DNA of 64,000 nt from Antedon mediterranea. Taxonomy: Eukaryota; Animalia; Echinodermata. The position numbers were made by a program, and so were the translations under genes. The stretch is from assembly GCF_964355755.1 (NCBI RefSeq), contig NC_092679.1, positions 14,119,432 to 14,183,431 on the forward strand, given 5' to 3'. Within the stretch, counting starts at the first letter, position 1. Each line of letters starts with the position of its first letter. The notes under the pieces are model-generated. The model did no database searches. It was not told where the DNA came from and was given only the letters and a program-made list of their open reading frames with translations. Below are positions 1-10,407 of this stretch, in pieces.

Positions 1-314
1 TACGCACGTAATTATATTGCCATGATGATTTATGCCCTGAAATTTATGAGTACCAAATTTGATTTAATTGTGATTCATGCTTGTGAAGTTATGATTACAA
101 ACATGATTTCGTTAAATCGTCCGTAGACCGCGTAATTTTTGATTGCGCACCGTGAAAACATAACAACATCGATCCCTGGCCATAAGAAATATACTGTGAA
201 AAATTGACTTAGCTAGATGAAACTGATATCAAGACAAGGCCTTATACAAGTTAGTGCTTACCGACCGACCGATATAGTGAGCTGTAGAGTCGCGTTGTTG
301 CACGCGACTAAAAA
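1..314 (-). mobile_element. Helentron-associated non-autonomous element (HINE/DINE-1-like), partial at window edge
   Basis: Ends in hairpin GTCGCGT..ACGCGAC plus an A-run, has a (CCGA)n microsatellite, and is near-identical to 3287-3588. Confidence 0.6.
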
Positions 315-1037
315 TGTGTAGCATTATTTTCATTGTATAATTGTTTAGTCTAATCTACTTAGTGTATACATCAATGTGTATCTATACCCTTTCTACCATA
401 ATCATGAAAGAATACAAATCTTTATTTCAGTCTTTTGCAAATTGTTATTGGAGAGGATGATGAATGTATCTACTGCAGTTTATTAGAGGCAGAGCTGACA
501 GTTGCGCAAAGACGGCTCTGGGTGGAACAACCGGCCAACTACCAGAGAGAGGTCATAATGCAGCGAGTTGAATTATCTATATACAAAAAAGTTACTCAAC
601 AAACACATGAGATTGACCATCGAGAATGTAGTTTATCTTGTGTATAACATTTTATTTTCAAATCATTTCATATTAATTCAGACGTTTAAAAAGTATGCAA
701 TTATGTGTCTTGAAAATTTATTTTGATCACGTGGTTCCCATGCAGGTTTCCTTTCATTCGAATCATCAAACGGTCGCTTTCACCCACTGTCATCATGCGA
801 AGTTAGACTATGGTTAATTAGGAATTGGGATACACTCTCACATTAATACATTTAGTTTATTCTGTGACAGTACTCAGTTCGCTGCCATGATCATTGGAAC
901 GAAACATGGCTCTGGGTTTTACCACGTTCTCGGAGTACATACATCTTGAGAGTACAGTAACTTTAAATAAATTAAATTTAAATCATTAAAACAGTCTCTG
1001 ATACTATGAATTCCTATACCACTGTTGTATGGTTTGT

Positions 1038-1832
1038 CTATTGCCTAGGTCCTTTGTAATTTCGACGTAAACTGCTGCTCTGATTTTGAGGTCGTGTCAG
1101 GTCTGGTGGTCTTGGTGCTACTTTTGAGGGTTTTGACATTTTTCCTGTGGCATTTATTGATGGTAATGTCAAATGGGTATCTTCGTCACTGGGAAGACAA
1201 GTTTCAATCAGCCGTGGTGGGCTCAGTTGTGGCCTGTTCGTTAGTCGCCCATTTGGTGGTTGCTTCCTCGCAGCTTTCTTGTCTGTTGCTGTCTGACGAC
1301 CAATGCTATTCGTGGATCGTCTTCCAATAGCAGCATTATCAAGCGATGGCCTACTTCCTGATTGGATGGTTGGAAATAAGTTAGTAGTACATCCGACGCT
1401 TCCATCTGAAAGTTTTTGTCTTGTCTCAGAAGTGTAGTGGTTGCCCATCTTTTGACAGCTTGCAGTCGTTGAGCTAGAGTTGCCTCTATGGAGTCTTTTA
1501 AATAAAGGACTAGATTTACCAGCAAGATCAACCATATCCAGAAGACTTCTTTCGTGCTGCTTCTTTCTTTGAGGCTTTCTTGTGTCCTTGATTGAGTCTG
1601 CAAAGTGAAATATAAGTTACACTTTTAATTAGGTCTTGTTTAATTTCAATCCATTTAAAGCATGGTAGACTGGTTTGACTCCATCTCCTATCCCATCAGT
1701 GGTAGCCTATGTGGTTCTTAATTGGGAGACATGTGTTTTACCTTCATGGTTAGAGAATCCTATTTTCGATGACATCAAGTCAGACCCAGAAGCGACATCT
1801 GAAGAATGCACATCAAAGATCTGAAAATCCAT
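1038..1832 (-). CDS. Putative orphan, basic, disordered protein (~216 aa), copy 1
   Basis: ATG at 1832; exon 1742-1832 (MDFQIFDVHSS...NHE); GT donor; polypyrimidine-CAG acceptor; exon 1038-1597 joins in frame. Possible 5' non-coding exon with GTAAGT donor near 2112. No recognised domain. Confidence 0.45.
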
Positions 1833-2375
1833 GTTTGATCTATATCTACGATCGTCAGATAATCTATATAAGACATGGATTTATAAACAATAATGTTGTT
1901 CTAAATGATTTCGGTACAAATAACTAAATACGGTTATGTATGTAGGCCTATATATTGAATTGGCGTGTGGTGTGTAGGTGTGTGTAGCCTACCTAGGCTA
2001 AAAAAACATTGATACAAAAAATCGTTCAAAAAATGTTTCAAAACACAAATCTTTTATCTATTTATTAAACATGCGATTGAAATTTCATTTAGACTATAAT
2101 TTAGTAACTTACCGTTTGTTTTTTCGTGAAGCCATTAGTAAATTATGCTGAAATATTTTCGGAGAAATTGTAAGACAGTGTGGGTAGTAAGCTTGTTTGC
2201 TTTTAGACGTTTGTATGCTGTAGTTACTATACTAACGCGATACGTATACGTGGCAACAATCACGCGCTGCGCCCGTTACCATGGCTTGAAGTTAGAGCAT
2301 GCGCATTAATGCACTGTAATCTGCAGCTGTGATGTGTGGCAAACAAGTATGACATGAACTTACATTGTTATAAAT

Positions 2376-2964
2376 TAACACGACCATTATTATATATGGC
2401 TGCAGTTGCGTGCGAAAATTTAAGTTAGTGTCAGACCGACCGACCTACAGACCGATCGACATAGTGAGGTATAGATTTGCGTTTGCACGCGATTAAAAAT
2501 GTTGAACAATTGTTAAAATATTTATATTTGCCTCCAAGTATTAATATCGAGTGTCAAATAATAAAGAAATATGAATATGAGTTAGTGTTTACCGACCGAC
2601 TAACAGACCGAAATTACTGAACATGTTAACCGACTAACAGACCGAAATTGCTGAACAAGTTAAAAAATGTTGAAAACATTTTTTAAACATTTATATTTGC
2701 CTCCAAGTATTAATATCCAGTGTCAAAATAACGAAAAAAAGATGAAGATGAGTTAGTGTTTACACCGACCGACCGAGGGGCGACCGACCAACCGAAATTG
2801 TTGAAAATGATAAAAAAAATGTTAAACACATTTTAAAAACATTTATATTTGCCGCGCCTCCAAGTATTAATATCCACTGTCAAAATAATGAACAAATATG
2901 AATATGAGTTTGTGTTTACACCGACCGACTGAGATATAGAGTCGCGTTTGCACGCGACTAAAAA
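2376..2964 (-). mobile_element. HINE-type element with internal tandem repeats
   Basis: Same termini as 3047-3588, (CCGA)n tracts and three internal repeats (TTTATATTTGCCTCCAAGTATTAATATC...) spaced about 170 bp apart. Absent from the paralogous site near 9030-9050. Confidence 0.65.
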
Positions 2965-3046
2965 CTTGATTTGCATGTTATTCTAAATTTACATATAACA
3001 GGCTACAGGTGTGCTAAAAAACCAAAGCGCAACAGAAGAAAAAACA

Positions 3047-3588
3047 ACAAGGCCATATAGATGGCTGCAGTCACGTGCTCAATTTAGTGATTACCGACCG
3101 ACCAACCGACCGACCCACCCACCAACCGACCGAAATTGCTGAACATGTTTAAAAATGTTTAAATCTGCGCACTCATGGCAATTTTTTAAACGCTTAAAAT
3201 TGCCTGAAACGTACTCTTATTTCATCGAAAATAAATTTTGACAATTTTCAAAATTTTAAGCGCGAATATGCATGCGTTACAAGCGCTACGCACGTAATTG
3301 TATTGCCATGATGATTTATGAGTACCAAATTTTATTAAATTGTGATTCATGCTTGTGAAGATATGATGTGCAAACATGATTTCCTTAAATCGTGCGTAGA
3401 CCTCGTAATTGTTGATTGCGCACTGTGAAAACATAACCTCATCGATTCCTGGCCATAAGGAATATACTGTGAAAAATTGACATATAGCTAGATTAAACTG
3501 ATATCAAGGACAAGGCCTTATACAAGTTAGTGCTTACCGACCGACCAATATAGTGAGCTGTAGAGCTGTAGAGTTGCACGCGACTAAA
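3047..3588 (-). mobile_element. HINE-type element
   Basis: Subterminal inverted motif (AGTCRCGTG/CACGCGACT), terminal palindrome GCCATATAGATGGC, (CCGA)n, A/T-run flanks and no TSD. Empty site visible at about 9125-9140. Confidence 0.65.
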
Positions 3589-3890
3589 GTGTAGCATTAT
3601 TTTCATTGTATAATCGTTTAGTCTAATCTACGTAGTGTATACAGCAATGTGTATATATTATACCCTTTCTACCATAATCATGAAAGAATACAAATCTTTA
3701 TTACAGTCTTTTGCAAATTGCTATTCGAGAGGATGATGAATGTATCTACTGCAGTTTATTAGAGGCAGAGCTGACTGTTGCGCAAAGACGGCTCTGGGTG
3801 GAACAACCGGCCAACTACATTGTTCAGCGTCGTGAGCGGACGTGTTAAATCTGCCGCTCCTGGATAGTGTTAAGTCATACGATTTTACCT

Positions 3891-6800
3891 ATGGCTACCA
3901 CTATTATTTGCCTAGCACTGATATGTTTATGCGTTGTGGATGATTATGCGGTTCGAGCCCAATACTTATCATCATATGTTGTCCATCCTAACTCATCTAG
4001 TCGCAGCAGAGATTGTTGGTATGAATCACCACTACAATTTCGATCTAGGCCAAGATTGTTACGGCGTACCAAGCATGGCCATTACTCTGCACCGTATAGG
4101 AGGTATGATAATTCCACTTCTTCATTTCAAACATCTTACGGGAAATTCTACTTTAACAATCTATACTTATGTGGAGATATTGAAGAAAACCCTGGACCAC
4201 AAAATGCGCAACATGTTGGAGACGAAGGTATGCGACCCGATGGTTACGTAACCAACTATGCACTTCAAGGTGGCGTTAATTGTTTAAATATCAACGCTCA
4301 CAGCATTGTAAACAAGTCATTGTGTTTACAATCAGTGCTTGTAACCGAAACAATTGACATCGTTTTCATGACTGAATCATGGCTAGATGGTCATATAAAT
4401 TCCACTGAAATATTCCCCAGTGAAAGGATCGCAATCGTCATGGAGGTGGTGTTGTTGTTGCGGTACATGAGGATTTGCGTGCGACACCATGTCTTAATTA
4501 TTCCTGTCCTGGAATCGAGCTAATATGGTGTACAATTGAAAGCAAACACGGGAACATTTTAGCAGGGACACTGTACAGACCTCCGGGTAGCAGAGTGGAT
4601 TTCTTCGAAAAACTCCAGGAATGTGTCGATCAAGTGTTAGTGGACGCCCATTTGTACAGTTTAATAATTATTGCAGGTGACCTTAACATTAACTTTAAAT
4701 CTACTGGTACAATTTCAACGGAACAACGAAATATGCAAAACACAGTAGACGTCTTAAATCTAAGGCAATGTGTTAATTTTTACACGCATTACAATAAGAA
4801 TTCGGCTAATACAATTATCGATCATGTTTACTCTAGTAGTACTGACATGGTAGCTGAAATTCAACCTCACACAGGTGTCGACAGTGATCATGAAGGAGTT
4901 TCCTTCAAACTTCGTATCTCAAAGGAGAACATTTCAAGACCAGCGGGTACTTTTTATGATTATTCTAAAATTTGTCCCCAACGTTTTATTGACAAATTCG
5001 CAAATATTAACTGGAACTGTGATTCCACTGACGTGAATGAGTTATGGTTAAACTTTAAATGTAAATTTATTGCAGCTATTAATGATGTTGTACCCCTAAG
5101 GTCGGCCAAAAGGCGCCCTAAAAAACCTTGGATCTCAAGGGAGATTCTTAGTTTAATTAGAAAAAAGAATAGATTTTATAAAGCAGCTATTAGGTCTGTA
5201 AATAAGGACAAGTGGGATAGATACAAACGTAGTCGTAATGACTTGAAATCTAAAATTAAAAAATCATATAAAAGTTATCTAAAGAACCTTTCCTTAAAAA
5301 ACGACCATTGTAAACAGTTCTGGTCCTTCGTTAGAAGCTCCAGAGCTAAACCCGGCACTGATACCTTTGTCATTGAGGGTAATCGTGTCAACAACCCAAA
5401 GATCATAGCTGAGGCCTTCAATAAAAGATTCTCAGCTAATTTTTCTCATGACTACCCTGACCACCTTTTAAATAATTCTTGTATTTTGCATGCTGGCTGC
5501 CCCAAATTCACTGATATCCAAACCACTAGTGCTGAGATATTATCTGTTATTAACAAACTGAAAACAGGTAAATCTCCTGGACCTGATGGAATAACCACAA
5601 CTATGATTAAAGTTGCTGCTATTTACATAACTGAACCATTATGTAAAATATTTAATCTATCTCTCAGCTCTGGTGTGTTTCCCATTGAAATGAAGGCAGC
5701 CAACATCATTCCAATCCATAAGTACAGTCAGGTGACTATAGTGATGTTTCTAATTATAGACCGATTTCCTTATGTTCTACAATTGGTAAATTGCTTGAGA
5801 GAGTTGTTGGTCAAAAGTTACTATCTTTTCTTGAAGAAAATACACTTCTCTCCGAGAAACAACATGGCTTCTTGAGGGGTAGGTCTTGTACAACCTTACT
5901 TACAGATGTTACAACTGATTGGTCTAAAATACTTAATGAGCGTTCTCCGCCCCATATCGATGCGATTTTTCTCGATTGGCGGAAAGCTTTTGATAAAATT
6001 AGCCATAAGATTCTGTTAAGTAAATTACATAATTTTGGTATCTGTGATTCAATGCTGGACTGGTTTAAATCCTACCTATCCTGTAGATCTCAAAGAGTTA
6101 CATTTAGGGGCTCCACTTCCGAGAATATATTGGTAAAATCCGGGGTTCCTCGGGGATCAGTGATTGGGCCAATCCTCTTTAATCTCTTTGTATCCGATCT
6201 CCCCTCCTGCATTGAATCACAGATACAACAATATGCTGATGATACTCTCATATACAGAGCCATCAGAAACAAAAACAAAGATAAAGATAACCATAATGAT
6301 AATGATGAAATGATCTTGCAGTCGGATCTTCATGCTATTAACAACTGGTGTGTGACGAACAAAATGCTACTAATACTGACAAATGTTTTGTAATGCACAT
6401 AACTAGATCTAACAGTCGCCTTGAACAAGCATGTGATTATTTTATTGGAGATGATAGATTGCCCGTTACGAATTCCATTAAATATCTTGGAATTCACCTG
6501 AATCGCAAACTCACTTGGGCTGATCATGTCCAATATGTTAAATCCAAATCTAATCGCATGTTTGGTTTTGTGAGACGTATTGTCAAATGTCGTGATAAAG
6601 CTATTATATTGCGACTATATATATCGTTAGTTAGACCATATATTGATTACGGTTTACCTGCCTGGATCCCCTTTCTTTAAAAAGACATCGCTGCTCTTGA
6701 AGCTGTCCAAAGGAGGGTCACCCGCACATGCTTCCCAAGATCAGCCAGTCTCCCTTACCCTGAACGTTTGAAACGCCTTAATCTGATGTCCATTAACAAT

Positions 6801-7076
6801 CGCATTAGGTATTTATGTATTAATTTTGTTACCAAATGTATGTACAAATTATATGATGTTAATGTTTTTAAATATTTATCTTTTAATTGCAGACATGTTA
6901 ATAACCTTAAGTTGCGCAATAATTTTATAGCCCGGACTGATTTATTTCATAACTCTGTCTTTAATTTTTTTGTTAGACATTTTAGAGATCTGCCTGCGGA
7001 TCTCTGCGACCAACTTTTAATTAATATAAACTGTTTTAAGCATAGCCTGAAGAAATATTTTAACAATCTGTTTTAA
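3891..7076 (+). pseudogene. Disrupted LINE polyprotein: hydrophobic leader - 2A - AP endonuclease - reverse transcriptase
   Basis: ATG at 3891; frameshifts near 4420, 5725 and 6370 and an in-frame TAA at 6678-6680 split it into the ORF-track pieces. Confidence 0.9.
4176..4199 (+). other. 2A (StopGo) ribosome-skipping motif
   Basis: GAT ATT GAA GAA AAC CCT GGA CCA = DIEENPGP, preceded by LYLCG. Exact match to D(V/I)ExNPGP. Confidence 0.9.
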
Positions 7077-7792
7077 TCTGAACATATGTATATTTTAAAG
7101 ATATTTTCTTAATTCTATCTTTTTAAATTAACAATTTTTTATAAAAACACATTGCTGAATTTTATAGTTTTATCTAAATTTTAATAGAATCCATGTATTA
7201 TTCATTTTAGGTTATCCGGCCTCATTGACTTACTTTTGTATTGTTTTTTTGTACTTTTCTGTATATTGGCGAAATAAATGATATGATATGATATGATATG
7301 ATAACTACTAGAGAGGTCATAATGCAGCGAGTTGAATTATCTATATACAAAAAAGTTACTCAACAAACACAAGAGATTGACCATTGAGAATGTAGTTTAT
7401 CTTGTGTATAACCTTTTATTTTCAAATAATTTCATATTAATTCAGACGTTTAAAAAGTATGCAATTATGTGTCTTGAAAATTTATTTTGATCACGTGGTG
7501 CCCATGCAGGTTTCCTTTCATTCGTATCATCAAACGGTCGCTTTCATGCACTGTCATCATGCGAAGTTAGACTATGGTTAATTAGGAATTGAGATACACT
7601 CTCATATGGATACATTTAGTTTATTCTGTGACAGTACTCAGTTCGCTGCCATGATCATTAGAACGAAACATGGCTCTGGGTTTTACCACGTTCTCGTAGT
7701 ACATACATCTTGAGAGTACAGTAACTTTAAATAAATTAAATTTAAATCATTAAAACAGTCTCTGATTCCTATATTACTGTTGTATGGCTTGT

Positions 7793-8538
7793 CTATTGCC
7801 TAGGTCCTTTGTAATTTCGACGTAAACTGCTGCTCTGATTTTGAGGTCGTGTCAGGTCTGGTGGTCTTGGTGCTACTTTTGAGTGTTTTGCCATTTTTCC
7901 TGTGGCATTTATTGATGGTAATGTCAAATGGGTATCTTCGTCACTGGGAAGACAAGTTTCAATCAGCCGTGGTGGGCTCAGTTGTGGCCTGTTCGTTAGT
8001 CGCCCATTTGGTGGTTGCTTCCTCGCAGCTTTCTTTTCTGTTGCTGTCTGACGACCAATGCTATTCGAGGATCGTCTTCCAATAGCAGCATTATCAAGCG
8101 ATGGCCTACTTCCTGATTGGATGGTTGGAAATAAGTTAGTAGTACGTCCGACGCTTCCATCTGAAAGTTTTTGTCTTGTGTCAGAAGTGTAGTGGTTGCC
8201 CATCTTTTGACAGCTTGCAGTCGTTGAGCTAGAGTTGCCTCTATGGAGTCTTTTAAATAGAGGACTAGATTTACCAGCAAGATCAACCATATCCAGAAGA
8301 CTTCTTTCGTGCTGCTTCTTTCTTTGAGGCTTTCTTGTGTCCTTGATTGAGTCTGCAAAGTGAAATATAAGTTGCACTTTTAATTAGGTCTTCTTTAATT
8401 TCAATCCATTTAAACTAAAGCATGGTAGGCCTAGACATGTGTTTTACCTTCGTGGCGGGAGAATCCTATTTTAGATGACATCAAGTCAGACCCAGAAGCG
8501 ATATCTGAAGGATGCACATCAAAGATCTGAAAATCCAT
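7793..8538 (-). CDS. Putative orphan protein (~216 aa), copy 2
   Basis: Exons 8448-8538 and 7793-8352; same exon lengths, splice sites and open frame as copy 1. Confidence 0.45.
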
Positions 8539-10377
8539 GTTTGATCTATATCTACGATCGTCAGATAATCTATATAAGACATGGATTTATAAAACAATGA
8601 TATGATAAATTATTTCTGTAAAAATAACTAATACGGTTATGTATGTAGGCCTATAATATACTGGCATGTGGTGTACCTAGCTATAAGTATAAAACATTGA
8701 TACAAAACATCGTTTAAAAAATCTTTCAAAACACATTCTATTGTCTATCTTTAAATGCGATTGAAAATTCATTCAGAATATAATTTAGTAACTTACCGTT
8801 TGATTTTTCGTGAATCCATTACGAATTTTGCTGATATAATTTCGGAGAAACTGTAAGACAGTGCAAGTTTGTTTGCTTTAGGAGTTTGTATGCTGTGGTT
8901 ACTATACTAACGCGATACGTATACAATGACAACAATCGCGCACTGCGCGCGTTACCATGGCTAGATGTTGGAGCATGCGCATTAATGCACTGTAAACTGC
9001 TGTGTGGAAAAACGACATGAAATTACCGTACAAAAAAAATTGTTGATTATTTCAAATTTACATATAATAGGCGTGGTCAGCTTTAGCCTACCTTTACAGT
9101 AACAAACACCGAAGCAGAAGAAAACAACAAAAATGAGTAGCATTATTTTCATTTTATAATCATTCTTTTATTTTAATAATAGATCAGGCACACAGCAGGC
9201 TACTTAGTGTATACAGTAGTGTGTATTTATACCCTTTTACCATAATCATTAAAGCATACAAATCTAAATTTCAGTATTTTTAATGATCTCTTTGAGAGAC
9301 AAATTTTGTAAATTATTATCTGAGGATGGTGTAAATGCATCTACTGCAGTTTAGCATAGAAGGCTCCTGGCATTTAACTGCTGCCCAAAGACTGTTCTGG
9401 GAGCGGAACCATACTACTGGAAAGGTTATAATGCAGTGAGTAAATTTCCTGTACAAACACAAGAGGTTCATCTTTACAGCACCGCAGTAGACTCATTTCA
9501 CATGTTAAATAAATTGAATACAGTATCCAGTAACTCAACAGGCCAATACATCAATAACTCACAGAGCCATTTAACAATTTCACAGCAAAATCAACATAAC
9601 TTCACACATATGATTTTGATTGAATTGAATAATCAATTAAATAATTTTTACTTTACTAAATGGTTATATTTACAACAAAGGAATTGTTTATTGCATTTCA
9701 ATGGAATACCTAAGAATGAAATGAGGTACTGGTATATGTCATTAGAAAACTAGCTTATTACGGAAATATGTAAATTAGTGTTTTTAGAACAACAAAAGAA
9801 AACGTTGAATTGAAAAGTAAAAGTTGACATAATGTATTATAACATTTTGTGAGCTTAAAAATGGAAATACCTTTACCAAAAACATTTAGTTAAACGTCAA
9901 ACATTTTAAGAGTGAATGAACAAATTCTAATATGAAATTGTACATAAACTGGTGGATTTAACATAGAAGAAATAAATGCCAATTCCTGTTGTTTACTTTA
10001 ATCTACAATCAACAAATAATGAAAATATAATCTATGGATCAATAATATATTTGAATAAATGATTTATTTAATATGGTGCACATTAGACATTATAACACAT
10101 TTTGCTTCAAGTAAACTATAAATAGATTTTATGTTTCAAACAACAGCTGCAATCCTATAGAATGTAATGAATATTTACCAATGCTTTACATATCAGTGTT
10201 GTGATAGCTTCTGCAACTACCCCAATGTTTTTATAGTTATGAAAGCCTTCACAACAGCTATTTATTTGTAAGAATGGAGTAAAGTTTATTATGCTTGTTG
10301 ATGTTCCAAAGTTTACAAAGTAAAAGTGTATAATTATGTCTAATTTGCACCATTCCTTACAATGGATGATTGAGTGG

Positions 10378-10407
10378 TTATAACTTGGCTTGCTGAGGTC
10401 CAAATTG
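10378..10407 (-). other. Predicted stop-codon readthrough extension of MDH1 ending in PTS1 (AKL)
   Basis: Minus strand after the last sense codon: TGA CAA TTT GGA CCT CAG CAA GCC AAG TTA TAA = X-QFGPQQAKL-stop. Confidence 0.75.

Larger units (their letters stand above)
315..3046. repeat. Tandem segmental duplication unit, copy 1. Copy 2 is 3589-3818 + 7303-9130; a diverged partial copy 3 is at about 9134-9450
   Basis: Colinear high identity by direct comparison, e.g. 521-560 vs 3797-3818/7303-7325 and 1038-1600 vs 7793-8355. Confidence 0.9.
3819..7302 (+). mobile_element. Non-LTR retrotransposon (CR1/L2 group, APE + RT), near full length
   Basis: 6-bp TSD AACTAC (3813-3818, 7303-7308); AATAAA plus (ATGAT)n tail; empty site in the duplicated copy at about 537-545; APE motifs (TESWL, GGGV, YRPP, GDLN, IDH, SDH) and RT motifs (PGPDG, QHGF, KAFD, GVPRGS, YADD, KYLG). 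Confidence 0.95.

Noticed and set aside
1094-1603. Overlapping alternative ORFs in the duplicated unit (also 7849-8358)
   Set aside because: Shadow frames of the spliced orphan ORF with non-ATG starts.
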